This document shows, piece by piece, positions 31,952-41,916 of a stretch of 64,000 nt of DNA (its first letter is position 1; every line of letters starts with the position of its first letter). The DNA is taken from positions 352,001-416,000 of the forward strand of contig CAXXHB010000003.1 of NCBI GenBank assembly GCA_963664815.2, given 5' to 3'. The stretch comes from Spirochaetota bacterium (lineage in GTDB: Bacteria; Spirochaetota; UBA4802; UBA5550). Below the pieces are notes generated by a model, which saw nothing but the letters and a program-made list of their open reading frames with translations, was not told the origin of the DNA and searched no databases. The translations under genes were made by a program, and so were the position numbers.

Positions 31952-33015
31952 ATATCATGAGAAAGAAAGCTGTAATCCTTATATTCATTATCTGTGCAGC
32001 ATTGGTTAATTGTGGTGATAAGAACTCTTTACCACAGCAAGGACCTGAAAGAACAGTTAAAACAATCGACGGCGGTAAAACTGAAATACCTTTTTATCCG
32101 CAGAGGATAGCATGCTTTTATAATCCGGCATATGACAAGATAGTAATGCTCAGCAAGGGTTCGAGAATAGCTTTAATGCCAAAAGGAATTTCACCCTGGG
32201 CGCATAAGTTTTACCCTGAGCTTGCAGGAATCCCGGTAAATTCAACCGAAGGTATACCCGATGTCGAACGGCTGCTGAAGCTGAAAGTAGACCTTGTGTT
32301 TTATCCTAAAGGGCGTAGCAGTATGGAGAAGGTTATGGAAGCCGGTATTGCTGTATTATGCCCATTTAATGATAAATATACACCTTCGACTATGGATGAA
32401 TATACCGGAGAATTCAAAAAACAGATTATGTTTTTCAGTGATGTGCTCGGCAGAGATACTGCGCCAAGGGCTGAAAAATATTGTAAATACCTGGATGAAA
32501 TTACTTCAAGAGTATTTGCCATTACCTCGAAGATTCCTGAATCGGGTAGGCCCCGGGTTTATTATGGTAAGCTTAATGACCTCTGTTCAACCCAGGGGAA
32601 CAATACAATTATGAGATGGTATACTGAACTGGCGGGAGGTATCTATCTTCCGAAAAAGCTGGATAAATATTTTGCAGCAGCAAGCATGGAACAGATTATA
32701 GCCTGGGACCCTGATATAATTTTACTGGGAATGTACGGTTCCTTTGATGCTGTAAAAAATACCCGGGGACTGGATACTCTCAGGGCATATAAAAACAGAA
32801 GGGTTTTTAAAATACCAACAGGCGTATTCTGCTGGGATATGACAAGTTGCGAAACTGCGATCCTGCCTGTATTCCTGGGGAAAAAATTTCATCCGGGTCT
32901 TTTCAAAAACTGGGATATTGAAAAAGAAATGAAGAAATTTTATCTGGAAATCTATGGGATAAGTATTGCTGATAACGATATAAAACGGATATTGGAAGGA
33001 ATGCCTCCATTGTGA
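31948..33015 (+). CDS. Iron-chelate/cobalamin-type ABC substrate-binding protein 2 (paralog, lipoprotein-like)
   Basis: PDVERLLKLKVDL, MEQIIAWDPDII; clearly similar to the preceding gene. Confidence 0.88.
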   Translation: MNIMRKKAVILIFIICAALVNCGDKNSLPQQGPERTVKTIDGGKTEIPFYPQRIACFYNPAYDKIVMLSKGSRIALMPKGISPWAHKFYPELAGIPVNSTEGIPDVERLLKLKVDLVFYPKGRSSMEKVMEAGIAVLCPFNDKYTPSTMDEYTGEFKKQIMFFSDVLGRDTAPRAEKYCKYLDEITSRVFAITSKIPESGRPRVYYGKLNDLCSTQGNNTIMRWYTELAGGIYLPKKLDKYFAAASMEQIIAWDPDIILLGMYGSFDAVKNTRGLDTLRAYKNRRVFKIPTGVFCWDMTSCETAILPVFLGKKFHPGLFKNWDIEKEMKKFYLEIYGISIADNDIKRILEGMPPL

Positions 33016-33182
33016 TGCCGCTGCAGTCTGTTCAGACTGGCATCAATAATATTTGATAAAATTATGTTTTACAAAAACAGATTGCTTTATTTTGTTATCA
33101 ATGAGAATCTTTAAACATTTAGTTATGAATAGATATTGTTATAAGTATAAATGGTATCAGATATTTTCTTAAGGTATGATGA

Positions 33183-34193
33183 ATGCGATGCAGTTATTGT
33201 GAAAGACGATGTGAAATAGCCGGGGGAAAAACCGGGTTTTGCCGGATGTATATAGTTTGTGAGGGAGAGATTAAGGAACGGTTTCCTCACCGGTGGAGTG
33301 CCTGCGGAACATCTCAGGTTGAATCTATTCCTTTCTATCATATTTATCCTGGGAGCCGGTGTCTTACAATAGGTACAACAAGCTGCAATTTCCGCTGCCG
33401 GTACTGTTCCAATGCTTATATTGCAAAGGAATGTCCGGAGCATCAACAGGAGAGAATGTTTAATCTTCCGGCAGATGAACTTGTCGCAATGGCAAAGAAA
33501 CTCAATTGCCACAGTATTATCTTTAATGTGAATGAGCCAACAGTATCAATACCTTCACTTGTTGAGGTTTCAAGGGAGGCTGGAGTCGCAGGTGTTAAAA
33601 TGGGCTGCCTGACAAACGGGTATATGACTGAAGAATCTGCAGAGATACTGGCATCAGTTTTTTCTTTTTTTAATATCAGTCTCAAGGGAATTTCAGACAG
33701 TTTCAATACTGCTTATATCGGCATAGATTCATCAAAACCTGTATTGAGGAATATAAGACGGCTCGCATCAAACCGGCATGTGGAGGTGACAACACCTGTT
33801 ATCACAGGGGGTAATGATAACGAAATAGATTCAATTGCTGATTTTATTGCCGGAGTTAATCCATCAATACCCTGGCATGTATTCCGGCTTCTTCCGGAGG
33901 ATGAGATGAAGGGTGAAGAATATCCCGACATCGGCTATATTGATAACGCGTTGATTGTATCAAGGAAAAAACTCCCATATATCTATTTTCATAACTTTGT
34001 AGGATCAGACTGGGTAAATACCATTTGTCCATCATGTGGAACTGTTGTAATTGAGCGTTTCAGTCTTGGCTGTGGTGGTGACAAACTGAAAAAAATTCAT
34101 ATTGAAGATGGAATGTGTCCTTCCTGCGGATTTACAATTAATTTAACAAGTGAAAAAACCCGGGAAGAAAATACAAGAGGAATAAACAAATGA
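33183..34193 (+). CDS. Radical SAM protein (AmmeMemoRadiSam/PflX-like architecture)
   Basis: N-terminal CSYCERRC...C; SAM motif CNFRCRYC; C-terminal CPSCG...CPSCG. Confidence 0.9.
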   Translation: MRCSYCERRCEIAGGKTGFCRMYIVCEGEIKERFPHRWSACGTSQVESIPFYHIYPGSRCLTIGTTSCNFRCRYCSNAYIAKECPEHQQERMFNLPADELVAMAKKLNCHSIIFNVNEPTVSIPSLVEVSREAGVAGVKMGCLTNGYMTEESAEILASVFSFFNISLKGISDSFNTAYIGIDSSKPVLRNIRRLASNRHVEVTTPVITGGNDNEIDSIADFIAGVNPSIPWHVFRLLPEDEMKGEEYPDIGYIDNALIVSRKKLPYIYFHNFVGSDWVNTICPSCGTVVIERFSLGCGGDKLKKIHIEDGMCPSCGFTINLTSEKTREENTRGINK

Positions 34194-35329
34194 GTACAAC
34201 GATAGTGGATGCACGTGGGTGGCAGAACGCATTCGATCTAAAAACCGGTGATAAAGCTGAGACAGAAACCCCGGTTGCCGGAATCGTGAAAAATGTGCTG
34301 CAGCGGCATCCTTATCCCGGTGATATGGATAGTGGAAGCAATCGCTGGGTAAGCGACACGGCTCTTGATCTTATAGAGAGTTATAATCCGCGTTTTGTGT
34401 TTCTTTCCTATGCTGCCCAGTATTTCGCCGGAAGATATAATGCAATGAAGGAAGAATCCCGTGCTGAAATGATAACTGATGCTTTCAATGAAGTAGGTCG
34501 CTTTGTTAATAAATCAGGTTTTTCTGCGATAGTAGTCGGATCCGGTGATATGACTCCCCTGTTAGGAAGCATCGATATAACGAGGCTTGATGGGATCGGC
34601 GTGTGTACAAACTGGTCGACAAAATATGCAGGCCTCTATAATCCGAGTCAGAAAGACCTTGACTTTATAAACTCCCATCCGTTTGTTGAAAAAATTATTC
34701 CACGCGAAGAGGTTGTCAGACTTTTTAATGGTACGCCTGCTCAGGCTTTGCGGGTACCGGAATTTCTTATACTCGCCCGTATGGGGTATACCTTTAAAGC
34801 CATGAGCCCTACCATGAAAGTTCCGGTAATGATCCCTTCTGATAATTTTAATATTCCATTGCATATAACAGATTATGATGTTAAAGATATTACCGGTATA
34901 AGGGGAGTTATAGAGAAAAAAATTGCAGAGAAAAATGTTGCACTGATAATAATGGAGGGTGTGGGGCTGGATGAATTTCTGCTGTCTCACATATCGTGTA
35001 ATAACGGGAAAGAGTGGTTTTACTATGAAACAGGGGATGCGCAGTATCTAACAATATCTTCCGGAGAGCACCGGTTTTTTGATTATCCGAAAGGATATCG
35101 TTATTTTGATGAAGTGGATAGAACAAATGAGTACCCGTTTTCCGGATATTTTAAATCTGTTCCCGGGAATACCTTCGGAAGTTCATTTGCCGGTAAAAGT
35201 ATTGCAGTGGGAAACAAGAGTATGTTCATGCACATGGTAACGGGAGCGGATATCTCGGTTGAATGTTTTTCGCGAAATATGTTCAATCAGGGAACGATGG
35301 CCGTTATTCACAGGGATGATAAATTGTGA
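34190..35329 (+). CDS. Hypothetical protein, partner of the radical SAM enzyme
   Basis: 379-aa ORF overlapping the radical SAM stop; segments reminiscent of an alkaline-phosphatase-like fold (RWVSDTALDLI..Y.P.FVFLSY). Confidence 0.75.
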   Translation: MSTTIVDARGWQNAFDLKTGDKAETETPVAGIVKNVLQRHPYPGDMDSGSNRWVSDTALDLIESYNPRFVFLSYAAQYFAGRYNAMKEESRAEMITDAFNEVGRFVNKSGFSAIVVGSGDMTPLLGSIDITRLDGIGVCTNWSTKYAGLYNPSQKDLDFINSHPFVEKIIPREEVVRLFNGTPAQALRVPEFLILARMGYTFKAMSPTMKVPVMIPSDNFNIPLHITDYDVKDITGIRGVIEKKIAEKNVALIIMEGVGLDEFLLSHISCNNGKEWFYYETGDAQYLTISSGEHRFFDYPKGYRYFDEVDRTNEYPFSGYFKSVPGNTFGSSFAGKSIAVGNKSMFMHMVTGADISVECFSRNMFNQGTMAVIHRDDKL

Positions 35330-35437
35330 ATAATTGTTTTATTAAGTTGAACGAAGCTTTCTAAAAAAGAGTATTTCGTATGGTTTTACCGGGATTGTCG
35401 TCTATGGCAGTTGTCGGATTTCTAATCAAGGCTTTAA

Positions 35438-35920
35438 GTGTTAAAAATGATTTATATAATCTGCGGTGAATACAATCAGGGGAAGACAGCAAAAATAAAA
35501 TCTATCTACCTTGAACAAAAAGAGGGTGATGGGTTTATTACACAGAAAATATTCAGGAATTCAATATTCTGCGGTTACGAAATTGTCAGATTATCTACCG
35601 GTGAGACAGTAACTCAGTCGTTAAAAACAGAATTGTTTCCCCTGGATAAGAAACCATTATTTGCATATGGGCCATTCAGCTTCTGCCATTATGGCTTCAG
35701 TTTTGCCGATTCAATAATTGATGATATAATTAATACAGAAACTGATCCGGTTTTTATTGATGAAATAGGCCCGATTGAGCTTGAGGGAAATGGGCATCAT
35801 AACTGTTTTACTAAAATTTTAAAAACTGACCGGACAATATATTTCACCGTACGTAAGTACAGTCTCGAAAAAGTGATCTCGTTTTTCTCACTCAAAGATT
35901 ATGTATTGATTAAAATTTGA
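35438..35920 (+). CDS. Small P-loop NTPase (NTPase_1/DUF2478-like)
   Basis: GEYNQGKT Walker A; FIDEIGPIE Walker B. Confidence 0.8.
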   Translation: MLKMIYIICGEYNQGKTAKIKSIYLEQKEGDGFITQKIFRNSIFCGYEIVRLSTGETVTQSLKTELFPLDKKPLFAYGPFSFCHYGFSFADSIIDDIINTETDPVFIDEIGPIELEGNGHHNCFTKILKTDRTIYFTVRKYSLEKVISFFSLKDYVLIKI

Positions 35921-36104
35921 TGCCGATAGTTAAAATTATTCTATGTTGTAGAACATTAGGTTTATTGGCAGAGTGCGTTTAACGTATTCCTTCAGGTATA
36001 GAGTTTGATTGGAAATCTCATGATATCTGCAAATATTGCCCGAATTGAACGGATATCTGGCTTGCCATCCTTTAAATATAAGTAAGTCTGTAATTGTCTT
36101 ATTA

Positions 36105-36665
36105 TTAACACCCTTTTTTGATGATATTATTAATTATTCCATGCCATTTTAAAGCGTCTTTAAGCAGTACTCTATAATCCTCGCTATCCTTACTTGTTTC
36201 CCAGAATAAAAAGTTCGCTAATACAGATGTATTTTGATAATCATTAAATAATATTTTTAGATCAATTCTGTTTATTTTTTGGTGTATAACAAACAGATCT
36301 CTAATTGCTGATTCTTTTTCTGAAGAAGGATTTTCAGCATTTAATTCATATTCCGGGATATCTGTTTTTATTTCAACTCCATCTTCCAGAATATCACAAC
36401 CTATGATGTCATCAAATTGATATATAAAAGAAGCAGGAGTTCCATTTTTCATCACGCAAATACAGAGCTTTTTATCATCATAATTGATGGCGAGAGCCAT
36501 ATTCTGGTTAACATACTTTTCTGTTGACCTGAAATCTTTAATAAAATCATCAAATATTTTTTTTCTTTTCATATAGTGATTATATGTTTTCATCTTTTTG
36601 TTGTTAAATAACCAGTAATAAATCAGACCGATCACTATTATAGAAACTATTACAAACTTTAACAT
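36105..36665 (-). CDS. Hypothetical N-terminally anchored protein
   Basis: 186-aa ORF with AGGAG upstream and an N-terminal TM. Confidence 0.7.
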   Translation of the reverse strand: MLKFVIVSIIVIGLIYYWLFNNKKMKTYNHYMKRKKIFDDFIKDFRSTEKYVNQNMALAINYDDKKLCICVMKNGTPASFIYQFDDIIGCDILEDGVEIKTDIPEYELNAENPSSEKESAIRDLFVIHQKINRIDLKILFNDYQNTSVLANFLFWETSKDSEDYRVLLKDALKWHGIINNIIKKGC

Positions 36666-37056
36666 ATAAATCTACTCCTAATGAAGGATTGACCAGAAAG
36701 GATTTAAACCTGTTTCTGAAATCGTTTTCCCATGATAGATTGTAAACAACCAAAATAGCGTTTAATGTCATAGATATAGAAAAAATTACAAGAAAAATTT
36801 AACAACCGGATTTACAAACAAGATGGAGTTTATTGTAAGGAATATATATTGTCAGGAAAACGGATCTTTTTTTTCTTCAATGATGCTGTAATAGCGCGGC
36901 ATTTATTATGAAGTACGGAACTTCAGATTAGTACATCTTTGAAAATAAATTAATCCATCAAGTTTTGACTGTCTATCAAATTATTTTTTTGTAGACATGA
37001 AAAAGTTATTAATTTAAACTGGCTTGACTTGAAGAGATTTCATTATTAATAATGAA

Positions 37057-38943
37057 TTGGATAGTCTGGAGAAGTATTCTATGACTAGTGAATTAAATTC
37101 AATGTCTGAAATCCGCATAACTGATCTGCGGGTTGAAGACGTAATGACGCGGAATTTCGGTGTTGTAAAACATAACGTGTCTATCAGTGATGTTGTGAAT
37201 TTGATTCTGGCAAATGACTGGGAAGAGATCTTTATAATTGATGAATCAGATAAGTTCATACATATAGTAACAAAGAAACATCTGTTGAACATTATAAAAG
37301 ACGGATTTGACCAGCAGAAACCTATCTCGCATATCTGCAATAATAAAATAATAACAACATCCCCGAAAATTTCCCTGATTGACGCCAGAAGCGTTATGCG
37401 TGAAAACAGGATAGGGCGTTTGCCTGTTGTCGACAAGGACAAAAATGTTCTTGGTGTTTTAACTGCACGCGATGTGTGTAATGGATTTTCATCAAAGCTG
37501 GAAATGCTTGGTGAACATATGTATTCAATTATGGAAAATATTTCTGAAGCCATACAGGTAATAGACTGTACCGGTGTAGTAACTTACTGGAATCATAGTG
37601 CTGAAAAAATGTTTGGTTTTAAAGCATCAATAATTTTAGGTAAAAAGCTTGCTGATTTTATTCCTGATGATCTTCCTTTGAAAGTAATAACAGATCATGA
37701 TACATATCGGGATGTTATAACTGAACTGGATAGTGGAATTGTTATTGTCAGGAATGCGGTACCTGTTATCTCCTCTGGAGGTGAGATGATAGGAGTGGTC
37801 TGTACAAGTAAGGATATCACCGTCACAAAGAATCTTATAAGTAAGATTGACCATTATCAGACGAGAGTCGTTAAACTTGAACAGATTATGGATTCACGTG
37901 AATGCACTCAGGTATCCAATGCAGAAGAAAAGTTTTATACGATAGATACAGAAACATTAACTATATTGAAACAGGCTGCCAGGGTTGCTGCTTCGAATGC
38001 CACGGTTCTTATTACAGGTGAAAGTGGTACCGGGAAAGAGCTTATGGCAAAATATATATATCGTAATAGTCAAAGGTATGATAAACCATTTATTGAAATT
38101 AATTGCGGCGCTATTCCTGAAGCATTATTCGAAAGTGAAATGTTCGGCTATGAATCCGGTGCTTTTACGGGAGCGTCTAAAAATGGTAAACCTGGAAAGT
38201 TTGAACTTGCCAAACTGGGAACTCTTTTTCTGGATGAAATAGGGGAGCTGCCGATAGAAATGCAGGCAAAATTCCTGCGCGTTCTCCAGGAGAAAAATTA
38301 TTACCGGGTAGGAGGGAAAACACCTCTGGTAAGTGATGTGAGGATTATCGCTGCGACAAACCGCGATATGAAAAAACTTGTAGAAGAGAATATATTCCGA
38401 AAGGATCTCTTTTATCGTATGAGTGTTGTTGTTCTGGAAATACCACCTTTAAGAGAAAGAAAATGCGATATCCCGGGTCTTATTCAACTGTTCATCAATC
38501 AGCTGAATCTTCAATATGGAAGATCTATCAGTGGTATTGGTTCTGATGTTATTGATTTATTGACCGATTATTCCTGGCCTGGTAATGTAAGGCAGCTTCA
38601 CAATATACTCGAAAGAATATTTATTCTCAGTGAAGATAATTATATTACATTGCAGACAGTAAGTGAATCCGGTTTAAATACAACATTATCTGGTGACAGG
38701 ATTAACATGAATAATAAACCAGTTATTTCAGAGATTGAGGAGCCAATTAACAGTAATATAAAACTTGATGAATTAATTGATACTCGAGAAAGGGAAGTAA
38801 TTCTTGAAGTTCTTAAAAACTGTGATTATAATAAATCTCAGGCAGCGCAGGTTCTGGGAATTCCCCGCAGTACGTTATATTACAAATTGAAGGTTCTTGA
38901 TATAGAGACTGATCTTGTTTCAAAAAAACTGACATTTTGTTAA
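37057..38943 (+). CDS. Sigma54-dependent transcriptional activator with CBS pair, PAS, AAA+ and Fis-HTH (start possibly 37081 or 37102)
   Basis: CBS motifs (VEDVMTR, IGRLPVVD), PAS (YWNHSAE), GESGTGKE, GAFTGA, LFLDEIGE, WPGNVRQL, AAQVLGIPRSTLYYKL. Confidence 0.95.
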   Translation: MDSLEKYSMTSELNSMSEIRITDLRVEDVMTRNFGVVKHNVSISDVVNLILANDWEEIFIIDESDKFIHIVTKKHLLNIIKDGFDQQKPISHICNNKIITTSPKISLIDARSVMRENRIGRLPVVDKDKNVLGVLTARDVCNGFSSKLEMLGEHMYSIMENISEAIQVIDCTGVVTYWNHSAEKMFGFKASIILGKKLADFIPDDLPLKVITDHDTYRDVITELDSGIVIVRNAVPVISSGGEMIGVVCTSKDITVTKNLISKIDHYQTRVVKLEQIMDSRECTQVSNAEEKFYTIDTETLTILKQAARVAASNATVLITGESGTGKELMAKYIYRNSQRYDKPFIEINCGAIPEALFESEMFGYESGAFTGASKNGKPGKFELAKLGTLFLDEIGELPIEMQAKFLRVLQEKNYYRVGGKTPLVSDVRIIAATNRDMKKLVEENIFRKDLFYRMSVVVLEIPPLRERKCDIPGLIQLFINQLNLQYGRSISGIGSDVIDLLTDYSWPGNVRQLHNILERIFILSEDNYITLQTVSESGLNTTLSGDRINMNNKPVISEIEEPINSNIKLDELIDTREREVILEVLKNCDYNKSQAAQVLGIPRSTLYYKLKVLDIETDLVSKKLTFC

Positions 38944-39005
38944 GTAATTCTACGTTTATTTTAATTAATTGCAGCTCTTTTATGTAATCCGGAGAGGAAG
39001 AAAAA

Positions 39006-40289
39006 ATGGCAACTTATCAGGAAATCAGACAAATGTGGTCAGATATAGGCATTGATCTGGATAAGCATGATATTTTTCTGGATACATTCCCCGGAGTATA
39101 TAAACGGATAATTCAGAAGCAGGAAAGAAGACCCGATAAGATAGATTATTTCAGCAGGATGGTGGCCAGTGTACATGGACGCCGTCCTTATGAACTTTTT
39201 GAACATAAACAGCAAGGGGGTAAGGTTTTTGGTGTCTATTGTGTTTATGTTCCGGATGAAATTATTCTGGCTTTAGGTGGAATCAGTACTGGTTTATGCG
39301 GTGGCGATCAGTTCTGGGTTCCCGGCGGAGAGAAATATTTGCCGGCAAATACCTGCCCATTGATTAAGTCTTCTATGGGATCACGCCTTGACAGAACCAG
39401 TCCCTTTTGCCAGATAGCAGATATCTTTATCGGGGAAGCTACATGTGACGGGAAGAAAAAAGCCTGGGAAATTCTGGCTCAGGATGTACCTATGCATATA
39501 ATGCAGGTACCACAGATGAAAAGGGAGGAGGACATCCGGAGTTTTGTCAGTGAAATACGGCAACTGATAAAAGTTTCCCAGGGTTTAACCGGTAAGCATT
39601 TAACCTTTGATGCTCTGGCCAGGAGTATAGTTACTATAAACAACAAGCGCAGAGCATTGAGCCGGCTTAATCTGACCAGACAGGCATCACCTGTACCCAT
39701 CAGCGGTAAGGACGCCCTCATGGTCATACAGGTGGCTTTCTATGATGATCCAATACGTTTTGTTGAAATGATCAATATTCTCTGTGATGAACTGGAAGAC
39801 AGGATAATTAAAAGAGAAGGTACTTTTTCTGCTGATACCCCCCGTATACTTGTGACGGGAACACCAATGGCTCTGCCAAACTGGAAACTTCATCACCTGA
39901 TAGAGACTTCCGGAGGAGTTGTTGTTTGTGAAGAAAGCTGCACAGGTACACGGTATTTTGAAAATCTTGTTGATGAAAACAGCAGTAATTTGGAAGAACA
40001 GATTATGGCTTTGGCCGATCGCTATATGAAAACCAATTGTGCATGTTTTACCCCCAATAGTGCACGGATTGAAGATATTCTTCGCTATGTTAAAGATTAT
40101 AATGCAGACGGTGTTATAGATTGCTCTCTGCAGTTCTGTGGTCTTTATTCCACAGAAAGTTATCTGCTGAGAGAGGCTTTGCGAAATGAAGGGATCCCCT
40201 TTCTTCATCTGGAAACGGATTATAGTGAACAGGATTCAGGACAGCTGCAGACGCGGATTGAGGCTTTCATGGAAATGATAAAAAAATAG
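39006..40289 (+). CDS. 2-hydroxyacyl-CoA dehydratase-family / double-cubane-cluster anaerobic reductase
   Basis: Cys motifs YCVY, GLCGG, TCPLIKS, TCDGKKK, EESCTGTRY, NCACF, LQFC; ETDYS...TRIEAFMEM. Confidence 0.85.
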   Translation: MATYQEIRQMWSDIGIDLDKHDIFLDTFPGVYKRIIQKQERRPDKIDYFSRMVASVHGRRPYELFEHKQQGGKVFGVYCVYVPDEIILALGGISTGLCGGDQFWVPGGEKYLPANTCPLIKSSMGSRLDRTSPFCQIADIFIGEATCDGKKKAWEILAQDVPMHIMQVPQMKREEDIRSFVSEIRQLIKVSQGLTGKHLTFDALARSIVTINNKRRALSRLNLTRQASPVPISGKDALMVIQVAFYDDPIRFVEMINILCDELEDRIIKREGTFSADTPRILVTGTPMALPNWKLHHLIETSGGVVVCEESCTGTRYFENLVDENSSNLEEQIMALADRYMKTNCACFTPNSARIEDILRYVKDYNADGVIDCSLQFCGLYSTESYLLREALRNEGIPFLHLETDYSEQDSGQLQTRIEAFMEMIKK

Positions 40290-40484
40290 ATTTCAAATTA
40301 GAGAGAGCTGCACTAAGAACTGTCGTACATGATTTTAATTTGAAATTTAAAGATGAAATGTTGAGAATTTAATGAGTAAGGAATTAAATAGAGGTTTGTT
40401 CATTAAGATATGCAGCTTTCTTTACTAAATAGTAAGATGTTAAGGCAGACTCATTAGAATGATTTTAATCAGGGTGGTTTATTA

Positions 40485-41048
40485 ATGACTAATGAAGGAT
40501 TGAAACACAGAAGAGCGAAAATCGAGAAATCAAAGGATATTCTTTTAATTACTGTCCCTTCAATGAAGAAAATTTCATTCATTATATTTCTGGTTGCATC
40601 TTCATGTGTCTGGATATTGGGAGAAAAGGTTGTTGTTGCATTAATTCTAAAGATGGAGGTGCTTCAGGGATTTAATATTATTTTTATGCTCTGGTTTATA
40701 GTATGGACTATAATGGGGTTCTATCTGTTTCTGAAACTGCTATGGGTGATAGCGGGAAGGGAGATAGTTACCATATTGCCAGGGACTTTGAAAATCGAAA
40801 AAGCATATATTATCGGGATTCTCAGAAGCAGAGAGTACCTGCTGGAAGGGGTTAAAGATATTCAGATTGTACCAAATGCATCATTACGACACCGAAGAGG
40901 AGTTGTGTACAATACATTTTTCAAGGGGTATATTAAATTTAATTATGGTAAAAAAACTATTGCATTTATGAGCAGTGTGGATGAGGAAGAAGCCGGATAT
41001 ATTCTTGAACAGATCAAACAATATATTTATAACAGTAATGCTGTCTGA
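40485..41048 (+). CDS. Hypothetical membrane protein (2 TM plus PH-like domain)
   Basis: 187-aa ORF with two hydrophobic helices. Confidence 0.7.
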   Translation: MTNEGLKHRRAKIEKSKDILLITVPSMKKISFIIFLVASSCVWILGEKVVVALILKMEVLQGFNIIFMLWFIVWTIMGFYLFLKLLWVIAGREIVTILPGTLKIEKAYIIGILRSREYLLEGVKDIQIVPNASLRHRRGVVYNTFFKGYIKFNYGKKTIAFMSSVDEEEAGYILEQIKQYIYNSNAV

Positions 41049-41244
41049 TCTGCAGATTTACTGAACGCCATGATTAAATTATATTCTTTTTTCAGCCAGT
41101 AAGCCAGCATTATTAATACCCTGAACATGAATTTATTTAGTATAATAATTATTTTTTAGAGATTATTATACTAAAACCTGGACTTTTACAGAATAATTAT
41201 AATTTTATATGACGTTCAAGTATGAGAAATCTGACAGATCGATG

Positions 41245-41279
41245 TGTCAAAAGCCTGACATATTGTCAGGTTCCTGACA
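41245..41279. promoter_or_regulatory. Tandem enhancer (UAS) candidates TGTCA-N6-TGACA
   Basis: TGTCAAAAGCCTGACA (41245-41260) and TGTCAGGTTCCTGACA (41264-41279). Confidence 0.65.
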
Positions 41280-41844
41280 CTTTGCTGATTTGTTTACGCT
41301 GTAAAATCCGAGAAATAGACATATACTATCTATATTCCTCAATTTCAGATTAACGTAAATTTTTGTTAATAAAAAAGATTTCAACATATTAATTGGACGG
41401 TCTGTATTTAATATATTTTTTTATTTTATTCTGGAAGATTAAAATCTTCTTTCATTAGTAGCTGTGTACACTACTTCTGATTCGTAATTACAGTTTTTAT
41501 TAAAAAAATAAAATAATTCTTTCATTAATCAAGGCTCTTTATTGTTGCCATTATTATTGAATGGCTGCTCTGCATTCTCTATTAGTTTCTTTTTGAGAAG
41601 TATTACCTGTTGCGAGTGTAATACATGCTCTCGAATTATATCCAGTACTTACTGATCATTTTTAAATGCTCAGATTATCATCTTCACTTTATGCATATCA
41701 TCCTTTCCTTTTATTAAAGCTTAATCGGCTCTTCTTCTTTCTATAAAGAAAATCTGTTTCTATAAAATAAAAGTCATGATTAACTTAACATGCATGTTGG
41801 GTAGTGACATTAAAATTATTCAGGTGCTGCAAATATTTTGAGGA

Positions 41845-41861
41845 TTGGCATGGAATCTGCG
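41845..41861 (+). promoter_or_regulatory. Sigma54 (-24/-12) promoter of the cstA-like gene
   Basis: TTGGCATGGAATCTGCG, GG-N10-GC. Confidence 0.7.
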
Positions 41862-41916
41862 AATTATAATTACAGTACTACAAATAATTAAATTCTAAAA
41901 AGGAGAGGTGCAATAT

